Shown here: positions 1-12,600 of the stretch, one piece after another
Position numbering within the stretch: position 1 is the stretch's first letter
Layout of the letters: each line of letters begins with the position of its first letter
Assembly (NCBI GenBank): GCA_965637545.1
Contig: OZ281496.1
Location: 26,040,001-26,104,000 of the forward strand
Source of the DNA: Phallusia mammillata
Lineage: Eukaryota
Length of the DNA stretch: 64,000 nt
Direction of reading: 5' to 3'
The notes under the pieces: model-generated
Database searches by the model: none
What the model was told of the DNA's origin: nothing
The model's input: only the letters and a program-made list of their open reading frames with translations
Translations under genes and position numbers: made by a program

Positions 1-301
1 TTTAGCATTACACCAGTTGAACAAAAAATTTGTTAAATATGCAACCTGGTGGACGAAAAGCCTGTTCAGTATTTTTAATGATATCGCATGCACAAAAACG
101 ACGCGTAGTGGTACAAAACAGACAGTGTGCAATATCTAAAAGTCCACTATCGATAGTGCCTTTGCTTGCGTATGAACTGTTATCGATAGTGCCTTTGCTT
201 GCGTATGAACTGTTAGCTATAAGCTAACGCAGGCCGGTTAAGAATGTTAAACACCAATTCTTTAGATTTCAAAGACATAAATAAAATTGTAACAGAGTTA
301 C

Positions 302-2113
302 CTCCACCGCATGTCTTCGTGCACTCTGACCAATTCCCGAATTCCCTCCACTTACAATCCACAGGACAACATATATCGTTGCAACTCCTTCAAAAACAGA
401 AACTGATTATTCTGGTTTCTGGATAGAAATTTCAGAATAATAAAATCGAAACTGTTTATCAGATTAATGAGGTAAATACTGACAATAACAGGCGTAAAAA
501 CAACACGCGTCATTTTCTTGTGATTCAGCAAATTGCTCCAATAGTTAGATTAAAACAACAAATAAAATAGATTGATGGTAATTGGTTTTACAACATTTCC
601 AAACTAATACGTTTGCTCGCTTGAAGTACAGCGTGTTAAATCAACAAGGACAAGTATTACTATAAAACGCACTACTTGCCAATTCGAAATATGCACTCAC
701 TGAGTTTCATTGGCAGAACCTTGGCACATCGCTCCTTTAAACATGTTTTTAACCTCTATATCTCGGCGTCGGGTTTTAATGCCCCCACCACAGGTTACGT
801 CACATTGGTCCCAGGGGCTCCAATGACTCCATACGCAATCTATGGGGCATCGCTTTACGAGGCATCTTTTCCAAGCAACGCTATAACCGTAACAAGCTGA
901 ACCTCCACAGCTTGAAGTACGATTGTATCCTCTGGTCCTCTTTTGAAGTCCTACACTACAGAAAGCAGAGCAAGTACCCCAAGGCTCCCAAGATCCCCAA
1001 GTGCAATCAACTGAAAAAAACATTCTCGGTTTTTTTATTGTCTGTGGCACTACATTAATTTACATGCTGGTGAAACGTTGGACAATGCTCATTTCGTTTT
1101 GGTTGACGTTTAAAAAACTATGATTTATACAACTTTGAATAGTTAGGAAGTTTCAAGGTGCTGTGTGTAACTAACAAAATATGGTATGTACCAAAAAACA
1201 GAAGATATAAGTCAACCGATTAGTGCAAACAGAATGTGTCAAGTCCGTAAACAAACTGCTTTAACTTTAGTACCTAAAAACAAGAAAATCGATTTGTCTA
1301 TTTTTAGTGTTTCGTATTTATGTAGCAGTAAATATTAAAACTTTTAGAAAGAAAAATAGTTAATCCTTTTAAGAAGTAGGGAAGCAAAACCTGTTGTTTA
1401 TAGGCCTATCTACATTTAACGATTTTTACCTGCACAACACTTTTAACGTGTATCTGACTTCTAAAAAAAGCATTGTGGTCGAATAATGACCGTTATGCAT
1501 TTTTTTTCCTGTAACGCTCGTGCCTTTTATTTTAGTTACCTGGGCAACATCGTTGATTACAAGTTTGTTCTTCTGGTAATTTGCAACTTCCACAAGGCCC
1601 TTCTGGCACAGTGACGTAGGGATACTGAACCCCTTCACCACAAGCCTGAGAGCATTCGCCCCACTCCCATTGACAGGGTGAAGAGTCGCATGGTCTGCAA
1701 GGTTGCAAAAATGTTTTTTAAAGTAAGAGTATGGAACAATATGTTCTAACAGCTTAATTAGTTTAGGTTACGTAGCCATTGGTTGCCATACAGTCATAGT
1801 TGCCATCATGCACCTCAAATCCAGATTTTGGTCTGATAATAAATGAAAAAGATAAAAACAAACATATTTGGATTTACATCAAAACGGTTTTGAAGCTTTA
1901 CCAAAAAATAACTTACTATAATACAACAGAACATTTAATTTCGTAATATAAATTAATCATTGATTACACAGTCATACAGGCAGAAATCAAAGCATAAGTA
2001 ATCGCACATTTTAGTTAAAAATAAACACTAGATACATACCCGCCAGCAACCCAAGCGTTAGTTAGGGCTAAAAAGCTCAAAGTCAGCACAACAACACAAA
2101 TCAGACGCCTCAT
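302..2113 (-). CDS. Secreted TSP1-repeat protein, paralogue A (3' part runs off the window start; lacks the Pro-rich exon 2)
   Basis: Exons 2113-2040 (MRRLICVVVLTLSFLALTNAWVAG, signal peptide), 1694-1540, 1010-701 and 387-302. All introns are GT-AG with matching phases. TSP1 motifs WGSWEPWGTCSAFC, WSHWSPWDQCDVTCGGG, WREFGNWSECTKTCGG. Exon sizes 74/155/310/86 are identical to paralogues B and C. Confidence 0.88.
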
Positions 2114-2958
2114 TTTGGATCAACTCCTCACATGACTTCGATGGAATTGAAACCTGCTTTTATAGCCTGAAATAGGTTTGAACTCAAATAGCGACTTCCG
2201 GCAATTGCTGCAAATAGTGTTTTGATGCAGCTCAGCAGAAACGTGTTTACCGCAAAGTTCCTGTGAAGTAGTTGACGATCGTGTAAAGTAATTGACCATC
2301 GTATAGCCTTGCAATTTGAAACAAAATTACCGTCAAACAAAACAAACCATCCTCAAAATCCAAGCTATTTTGCCATGTTATGCACCAGGTTTTGACAGGT
2401 TGCCAAACTAGCCTAACCAGGAAACTCCAGCGACTGCCCAGCAACACAACTACCTCGTTTCAATACAATCCTGATAAGGTGTAGGCTGCACCAAGTTAAG
2501 CTAAATTAATAGTATGATAAATCAAGCAAAGCACTGACGCTCTGTAACTATCAAATAGCATAAAGTCTTACAACTGTAAAGTCACACTGGGTGTTATGTA
2601 GGCAAGCTTTACCTTACACCACTTACGAGACAACCTCAGCCCGTTTTCCGCGCATTCTCGCTTGCAATGCCCAAAGCAGTCTTGTGTTTGGTGGAAAGCA
2701 TTTTGCCTCTGAAAGCAACTTTTTACGGTCTCTAGATAAACTTGGAGTCTAACTAAGCACCATTAATGAATTTGGCCTGATGTTTAGCAACTTAAGCCCA
2801 AAATAATAAAAATTAAAAGCGTTTGGAATTGCAGTGAAAATTGTTTATTAATAATGAAAATGTGGAACTACACAAACGAATCAAAATGCTTTGATACAAA
2901 ATTAAAAGTAAGGTATGACATCGTTGTTGATTGGAGTCGCTTCGTTCTTTAATTCGGA

Positions 2959-5900
2959 TCATTTTGGAGGAATTTCTGCAAACATTTAGTTTAATCCGTT
3001 TTTCTTGCGATTGTAAAAGCAAAGTGCATAAGTGACTATAATTGAAAGAGGACAGAAATTGACTTTGCATAAGCGAATTTATTATCTCAATTTCGAAAAA
3101 CAATGAAATATATGATATCAATTGGTATTCATTTTTGTCGAGTTAAACAGGTTTGCATGAAAAACTAACTTATTTAAATGTTTTAAATATCCGCCTAATG
3201 TGTTTACACATTTCACTGCAAACACCCATTGTGTTTTCACACGCCATGTTTAAACCAGTACACACTGGTGCGGGTTCAATGCACTCATCAATATCTGAAA
3301 AAATTGGTCAAGCGTTAATCTTAGCTCCATGTCATTAAGGCCATAGGCATATTGCTTATATGGAGTGTTTTCTTTGCTGCTGTGATATTGCACAACTAAA
3401 AAACGCAATGCCGACATTCTTTATTTCTAAAGGTTCGGCAAACGCTAATGCCATCATCAGTAAAGCAAGTATTTCTCGAAATTTGGTACAATAAAGTCGT
3501 TTTTTACATATTTTAGGGCCATAATATTCCTCGTTAATTTCATTATTATATTTTGCAAGAAAAAAATCCATATCAACAGATCCGTGTGCAGTATTCCGAA
3601 TTTGCACTAAGTTAGTTGTAGCGCAACCAGAAAAAAATGGACCAACCAAACTTACCTGTATCACAACAATCGCCAGTCCAACCTGGAAGACACTCACACG
3701 CACTATTCGATGTGTTGGCTGAGTTGAAACAAATCAATTCACATGGTTTTAGTTCTTCCAAGGCAGGACAATTTTGACCTTCACAAGCGGATGGAGTAAT
3801 GACTTCACGGTTCCTTTTGGAAAACGTCAGCACTCCACAAGTTGGCGGACAAGAGCTCCATTCGCTCCAGTTTGTCACCGCACAGTCAACTAAGAAGACA
3901 GTTCTTTGTTTTGTTTTATGAATTAACGTATGTAAAAGATTCTTTGGACACGTCGGGTTTAGAACTAAACTTGAGGCATAACCTTACTTTACATCACTTT
4001 GTAAGTCGAGTTGGGTGTTTCAGGTCGGATTCAAGCCAGGCTTGGGTCGGGTTCGGGTCAGGTTCAGGTTTGGGCTGAAGTTTCGTAAAATATACGGGCT
4101 TGATTCGGGCCTGACCTTAAATTTTGTCTCCGTTTTTTTTATCAGGGCTCGGGCCGTGTTCGGGCTCAAATTTAGTGCCCGTATACAACTCTGCTTTACA
4201 TTTGGCCACATTTGTGTCTTATTGTTACTTTGGTAAATCTTTCATTCAGATGTCATTGGGGCTTTGCTCAAAAAATATTTCGATTTGGGTCTTATTTGAT
4301 TCTCCAATTGCGGGTCTGCTTACAAATATGAGTTACACTGTGACACAACACACATTGCTTTCAACTGTACTAGTATGTTTCATATGCGAAGTTCAAGACA
4401 CATGATCTTATAACAAAAACGACGCATTCATACCGGGGCAACAGTTGATATTGCACACTCGATTTTCGACACTCGGTCCTTGACAATCAGCTCCTCCGCA
4501 CGTAGTCTCTTCGGATATTGTTCTAGATCTTTCTTGGGTTCCGTTTCCGCAAGTCAAGTCGCAGCTGAATTAATACAAAAATTTCATTGACACAGAATCC
4601 GTTTGTTACAGATTCTTTTTAGTAGGTTTTACGTCAAGTTATGGGAAAAGAAAGTTATAGACAGTGTGCAATTTTAATTCTGCTTATTTCAAAAAACGTA
4701 AGTTGATGAAGTATACCATGCAGCAAAAAGGAAAGTTTGACAAGAAATTCTACGGCCTTAAACTTGACTTTGAAGAAACATAATTGCAGAAACAGCAAAA
4801 GGATATTTTTAAGTCTTATGTATTTCCTAATGGATCAAAATCTCAGGTTCAGTAATAGATCATAACCATAAACAGCAAAGCTTAAACTGACAATCACTGT
4901 TTGCCCTTTTCTACTATAAAACAGTAAAACCAATCGACGACAAAATCCATGATTGATACAGAATTAGAATGCATTTGTTTTCGAAAAGATACCAATAAAA
5001 CCGGTGATGACTCAAATCAATAAATGTTTATTAATAGAAACAGCATCGTTTCGATTGCTAATTATTCAACATTGGGCCAAGAACGCAAGCCAGTCCCATG
5101 TCCAAACGCAATCAATTGCCTCTTTTCGATAAAATAATTTTATATTGTTGGCATTAAAGTCAGAACTGGGCGACAATTTAAAAATTCGGACTTAATCCAA
5201 ACATAGACTTGTGCGAGCATTTTTTTTCGGACATGTTTATGATTTCTAATTACTTTCCCCAAGCAGTCCACGGTGTCCAAGCGCAATCAGTCGGACAGCA
5301 CAAATCGTTACAAAGTCGTTCCTCTGTCGCTTCACCCGAACATACTGCACCGCCGCATGATCCAAATCGCTCAAAACTCCTCTCTCTTAACTGAGTACCT
5401 TTATTTAGAACATGGTTTAGGTTTTAAATTGGGCGACCTAAAGAAGGCCTTAGGAATGTATTTCACAACCTCTCAAAATGCTCATGCAACAAGACACAGC
5501 AGAGGTTTTTGAAACCATAAAACCATTTAGGCACTTAACTGTATTTCGGTTAGGTTGCACTCATAAAGATGACGCGCAGTGGCACAAAACAGACAGTTTC
5601 ATTGCTAAAACAAACCAACCCACCATGCAAACTGGGTTTTAGTCTGCTAATGTCTAAACGTCAGTCGAAAAACGACTGCCAAATCAAAAAAAATGCCTAA
5701 ACTACTATTAATACTGCCTTTGCAAAGCATGCTTGCGTATGAACTGCTAGCTAATGTAGGCCGTTCAAGAATGTTAAACACCCATTCTGTAGATTTCAAA
5801 AAGATTAATAAAAATGTTGTAACAGAGTTACCTCCTCCGCATGTCTTTGTGCACTCCGACCAATTCCCGAATTCCCTCCACTTACAATCAACAGGACAAC

Positions 5901-8161
5901 ATATATCGTTGCAACTCCTTCAAAAACAGCAACTGATTATTCTGGTTTCTGGATAGAAATTTCAGAACAATCTGAGCGAAACTTTTTGTCAGTTTAATGA
6001 GGTAAATACTGACAGTAACAGGGGTAGAAAACAACACGCGTTATTCTCTTGTGATTCGAAATTGCCTTATCAGTAAGTTAGTTATATTAAGACAACAAAT
6101 AAAATTGATCGATGTTAAATGGTTTTAACACAATTTCTAAACTAATACGTTAGCTCGCTTGAAGGTTTGTAAAGTATAGCATGGTGAAATCAACACAGAC
6201 AAGCATTACTACAAAACGCATTGCTTGATAGTTTGAAACTCACTGTGTTTCATTGGCAGAACCTTGGCACATTGCTCCTTCAAACGGATTTTTTACCGCT
6301 ATATCTCGGCGTCGGGTTCTGGTGCCGCCACCACAGGAAACGTCACATTGGTCCCAGGGGCTCCAATGTCCCCATACGCAATCAATGGGGCATCGCTTAA
6401 CGAGGCATCTTTTCCATGCAACGCTATAACCGTAACAGGCTGAACCTCCACAGCTTGAAGTATGATTGTATCCTCTGGTCCTGTTTTGAAGTCCTACACC
6501 ACAGGAAGCAGAGCAACTTCCCCAAGGCTCCCAAGATCCCCAAGTACAATCAACTGAAAAAACATTTTGGATTTATTTACTTTCTGGGTAGGTCTGTGGC
6601 ACCACATTAATTTACATGCTGGTGAAACGTTGGGCAATGGTAAGAAGAAAATAATCATGACTTTTATAATGTAGAGACGCAAATTCCATTGTCACCTTTA
6701 ATCATTTCTGTTCCTGTAACGATCAATGCCTTACTTTTGTTACCTGGGCAACAGCCTTGATCGCAAGTTTGTTCTTCTGGTAAATTGCAACTTCCACAAG
6801 GCCCCTCTGCCACAATGACGTAGGGATACTGAACCCCTTCACCACAAGCCTGAGAACAATAACCCCACTCCCATTGACAGGGTGAAGAGTCGCATGGTCT
6901 GCAAGGTTGCAAATAATGTTTTTTTTAAAGTAAGAGTATAGCATAATATGTTCTAACAGACTAACATCTTAATTAGTTTAGGCTACGCAGCCGTTGGTTG
7001 CCATACAATGACAACGTAAGTTATGTAGTAACCGGCTTATGTTTTACCATCAATCTTTGGGCTTCTCGTATAGCCTACCACAAATCCTTGGGCTTCATCA
7101 CGTCGGGTTTAAAAACTTTTCGGGGACTAAGTAAGTTTTGAGCTTGTACCTGAGCCCAGCCTAAATTTTCCAACGCTTAATTACAGCTCTTGTTCTAAAA
7201 TAAATGCCCTGACGAACGCTGACCACCCCATCTGTAGTAGGCAACTGCACTTCAGAGTTGTAAACGAGCCTGAAAATGCAGCCCGAACACAAAACTAAAA
7301 GCCCGAAACCCGACCCGAATGCAAATCGGTTTTGAGTACCTTGTTAAAACCCGAAAGTTTTCTTTTCAGGCCTGTGGAGCTACATTGAAGCCTCTGGAAA
7401 GACAAAGAAAACAAACACAATAGACAATGGGATTAAGCAAGGCGTTTTAGGGCTGTTCGGCAGTAGCTCAGGTCCTGTACCTAGCTACTTAGCTGGTTAA
7501 TTTTCTTTCAAAATAGGGTGTCAGGCCTAAATTAAACCCATTTTAAGACACCAATGCCTGAACCCGTACCGACACAAGACTCAGCGGTACTTACTTTGAT
7601 GGGATAAGAGATGGAAATTCTGGCAGTTGTATATCAGGCAGTTCAATGTTTGGTAGTAGTTGGGGCAGATCAATGTGGGGAAGTTCAGGCAATTCGATAT
7701 GGGGCAGCTGAATGTTTGGCAGCTCGATATGGGGCAACTGAATGTTCGGCAGGTGGATCTTTGGTTTTGGAATACGTGGCAGTTTGATCTTCGGCAATCT
7801 TATACGGGGACGCCGGATTCTTATTCTGTAACGATAAACACTCATCATGTCCAAAGTACTAGTCCTAGCTGAAATGCAGATTTTAGTCTAAGAATATAGG
7901 CAGAACAATGAAAACGAATATCTTTTTTTATAATTTTATACCTAAACGGTCTTGGAGCGTTACCTAAAAAGCTGATACAACAGAACAGTTAGTACACAAA
8001 TTGATCACACGTTCACAGGCATATATGCAGCAAATCAAAGCAAAAATAATCGCAAATTTTAGTAAAAAATAAGCACAAAATACATACCCGCCAGTACCCC
8101 AAGCGTTAGTTAGGGCTGAAAAGCTCAAAGTCAGCACAATAAGACAAATCAGACGCCTCAT
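2959..8161 (-). CDS. Secreted protein, paralogue B: signal peptide + Pro-rich pentapeptide repeat + 6xTSP1 + EGF + truncated cbEGF
   Basis: Exons 8161-8088, 7825-7595, 6898-6744, 6553-6244, 5917-5832, 5398-5254, 4564-4434, 3889-3656, 3294-(3170 stop, or weak donor after 3226) and 2975-2959 (EIPPK*). Phases chain in frame. AATAAA on the minus strand near 2845. 496 aa if exon 9 reads through to the TAA at 3172-3170. Confidence 0.88.
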
Positions 8162-9682
8162 TTTGTATCAACTCGTTACATGACTTCAAAGGAATTCAAA
8201 CCTGCTTTTATAGCCTTGAAATAGAGACTTCCGGTAATTGCAACATATAATGTTTTGTTGTAGCTTAATAGAAACTTGTTTACTGCAAAGTTACTGCCAT
8301 TTAAAGTAATAAACAATCTCATAGCCTTGTAATTCAAAACAAAATTACCTTCAAACAAAACAATTCATTTTCGAAAGCACAAGCAATTAATGCCACGTTA
8401 TGCACCTGATCGTTTGCACAGGTTGCCAAACAAGCCCGACCCGAAAACTCCAGTGATCGTTCAGCAATACATCTACGTCACCTTGGTGCGATCCTGGTAA
8501 GTTATGTTGTTAGCAGCACCGAATTAATTTGCAAGCGTCAATAGTTGCTTGATAGGATACGAAACCTGCTGTATAAAAAATCCTAAATAATTCGTGGGTG
8601 GGTTAAATCTTCATAATGATGTTGCGAGCTCAAGAGATGTAGCGTCTTAGGGTAAAAACCAGTCAAAAAATACATATCAACCATTGATTAAAGAAACTTT
8701 AACAAAACTCCAAACAAATGTTTTAAACGTCAGTTTTTGAAGTAAGGCGTACAGCGATTGTTAAAACGTCCCTAAAGATTACGTACAAAGTCTCTCGTAG
8801 TTTGCTTTTGATCAAATAATTTAAAACTTGCAAAAAGGAACAAACGTACAAGTTTTTGGCTCAGTGTTGTAAAAACCAACGGGCCTAGGTTCAATGACGA
8901 CATTTTCGATTGCCTAAAACATTTCCTACTCCAAAACTTGATTGACATTATTTCTACAGCAGATGCTGTCGAAGATCAAGTCGCTTGATATGGATGTAAG
9001 GGGCCAAATTGCGCGTACTTTTGCAAAGTCATGCGCATGTTATTATGAAAAAAAAAAACAATCAACAATGCATAAGCCAAACCTTTCCGTTTTTAATTGA
9101 ATATTGCAGAGGTCGACTCCGAACATCAACAGCAAATCGAAAACAGTTGACATTATCAGTGCCATTGATATAGAAACGGCAAGTTTGCCACAACTAACTG
9201 CTTTTGTTCGAACTGTTTTATAGTAAACAAAACATAGCACTGACACCCTGCAACTTCCAAACAGCATAAAGTGTTACTACTGTAAAGTTACATTGGGTGT
9301 TAGTCCTGTATGCAAGCTCTACCTTGCAACACATGCGATACAACATTAGCCTGTTTTTTCCCACGCATTCTCGCCTGCAATGCCCTAAGCAGTCGTGTCT
9401 TCGGACGAGCGCGTTTTGCCTCAGAAAGCAACTCTTTTTGGTTTCTAGAATCTAGACATACGTGGGGCGCGACTAAGCACCATTAATGCGTTAGGTCTAT
9501 AATGTTTAGCAACTGCGAAGCCCAAAATAATTAATATCAAAAGCGTTGGTAAATTGTAGTGAAAGTTGTTTATTATAAAGAAAATGTGGAATTACACAAA
9601 CGGATCAAAATGCTTTGATATACAATTAAATGGAAGGTATGACATCGTTGTTGATTGGAGTTGCTTCGTTCTCTAATTCAGA

Positions 9683-12600
9683 TCATTTCGGAGGAATTTC
9701 TGCAAACATTTAGTTTTTATCCGTTTTTAGCCATTGTGGATGCAAAATACAAAAGTAAATATAATTTAAACAGGACAGAAATTGACTGTGCCTTTTAAAT
9801 AAGCACAATTTCTCTGTTTCGAAAAATAAAAATTACACTGGTATGATCGTCTGTATTTTATGAAAGGTGACAACAATGAAATATTAGCGGAGTAATGAGC
9901 CTAATATTGGAAAACCTCATTGTTCATGTAAGTTATATGAAAGTCATATAAATCAATATTTGTTTTCGCCTTTATTTTGAAAACGCACTTGTTTTTAACA
10001 TACAAAGCTACTCCGCTGGTGACCGATTAAAACACGCTTTGCCAATAAAGTCCCTTACAGCTTTGGTTACATATATCACGTGGTGGTTGCTGTGATTACT
10101 TACCCTGACATTCTGAGCCAATCAGCGTCATGTATTTGGGACAAACGCAACTGAAACTGCCCATTGTGTTTTCACACGACGTGTATGAATCCGTACACAC
10201 CGGTTCAGGTCCGATACACTCATCAATATCTAAATACCCGCAAGGTGAGCACATGCCAAAATGTTTGCAAAAGAAATCACGTCGCTTTTTGCATCCATTC
10301 GGGCATTATATTTCTCATATAAGTGCATGCAAAATATACTTAAATCAGCGTCAGTGTAATGACGATCAGCGTCACTGTAATGTTTTATTTTTAAAAAATA
10401 TTAATTTCGCCTATTTAGGAATCGTTTTATTCATAAAATTGCATTTACTGTTTATTGTTTCCGTCCTATTCATAAAAGTGCATTACTGTTTATTTTCAAC
10501 CAAATTAACTAACCTGTATCACAACAATCGCCAGTCCAACCTGGAAGACATTCACACACGTTATTCGATGTGTTGGCTGAGTTGAAACAAATCAATTCAC
10601 ATGGTTTGAGTTCTTCCAAGGCAGGACAACTTTGCCCACCACAAGCAGATGGAGTAATGACTTCACGGTTCCTTTTCGAAAACGTCAGCACTCCACAAGT
10701 TGGCGGACAAGAGCTCCATTCGCTCCAGCTTGTCATCGCACAGTCAACTAAGAAGACAGTTCATATAACAGGAGTAGTTCAATTTGCGCCATTACAATAA
10801 TCATAATTTTTAGGAAAGCAACAGTAATTGTATGTTTGCTTGAAGTAATCTAGCACGATGTTTTATTGCTTCAATTCATCAAGTAAAGTTAAAACCTATA
10901 ATGTTTCAGTTGTGTTTAAAGTGAGTCCGCTGACATTTGCTCTATTAACCGAAACTGGTGCCACAATGTCATATTGGATACACCAGATAGAAACAATTTT
11001 AGTAACAGCAGTGACATGGCATAAAAATTGCTTTCATATGGTAGACACTTAATTTGACTATATGTTTCCTATGCGAGTCGAGACCATATGATGTTAGCTC
11101 AGGGGGCACGCCCAGCAAGCAATTAAGCAACATATACTTGGCTCTACATACCGGGGCAACAGTTGGTATTGCACACTCGATTTTCGACACTCGGTCCTTG
11201 GCAATCAGCTCCCCCGCACGTACTCTCTTCTGATATTGTTCTAGATCTTTCTTGCGTTCCGTTTCCACAAGCCAAGTCGCAACTGAATTGATTTGAAATA
11301 AGAGTTTGTTCGGACTATAAGAATTGTATTTCGGGCCGGGTTCGGGCTTGTTTTTCTTAACTAATTGGCTTAGTTCGGGCCCGACTTAACATTCTGTGTC
11401 CGTACCTTATGCCAAAACCTATAAAGGGGTGTTGGAGCCATTTTTCTTATTTTCCAATGTCGTCTTTAAGTATAGGCCTGTCAATCAAACTTTTGGGACC
11501 TAAACACGCTCCTGATAAATGAGTCGGGATCCGGCCGGACCGGGCTTCGGGCTCGCTTGCATCTCTGATTTAGACCTTTTCAAGTTAAGCTTGTTAACAG
11601 TTAATTTGTTGTGAAACGTCGTGGTGGGTGACAGGATGTACTATGACTACTTGTATTACAAGATGAGAGTCTTTTTTTCACACTAATCCAGATAGAATGC
11701 TAAGTTGTTCTACCTTACAAACATTATGTTTTATATTTGCAAACTTGAATTTATTGATTTAGGGTGTGGTTATGATTTGAACAAGCAGAAATAACCTTCC
11801 GGTGCTGTTGTTTTCGGAGAGAAACCATTACAAGTGCCTCAGCGATGACTCAAGCCAATAAGCAGTTAATAAATAGAAACTGTACTTGCTTCGATTGCTA
11901 ATTATGCAGCTGTACGTTCCTAACATTGTGCCAATGAAAGCAAATCAGCCCCAACGTACACACAATCAATTGCTCGCTTTCGTAATCGTTGTTTCTGCAT
12001 TGTTAACATTCAAGCCAAAAGTGGAATACGACCGAGAGTATAAACGAAACTGTATTGGATTGAAGCCAAGATAATGGAAACTGCAATGGCCACTAGCCAT
12101 ATTTATTGGCAAATCAGACATGGTTCAAAGAGCCCTTTTTGGTTGTAAAACAATTTTGATGCACTTGACTGACATATTTATGATTTCTACTTACTTTCCC
12201 CAAGCAGTCCACGGTGTCCAAGCGCAATCAGTCGGACAGCAGAAGTCATTGCAAACCCGTTCCTCTGTCGCTTCACCTGAGCATACTGCACCACCACATG
12301 ATCCAAATCGCTCAAAACTCCTCTCTCTTAACTGAGTGCCTTAATTTGAAAATGGTATGTTTAAATTTTATGGAAAGGTTTTGAAGAAAGCCTAAGAAAT
12401 GGATTTCACACAACTTCTGAAAATTCTCATACAAACAAGACAGAGCTTTTGTTTTGGACCTAAAAATCCATTTGGGCTGATAACTATATTTCAGTTTGGT
12501 TTCGTTCGTTTCGTTCTGGCGCGTAAATATACAAAACACTGTGCTATAGTGTTTCAGAGTCGGCAAAAAGGAAGTGAAAAATGCGTATTTAAGAAAACTA

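Noticed and set aside
147-213. 33-bp direct tandem repeat in an intron of paralogue A (and a ~25-bp one near 22135-22180)
   Set aside because: Simple local duplications with no further structure.
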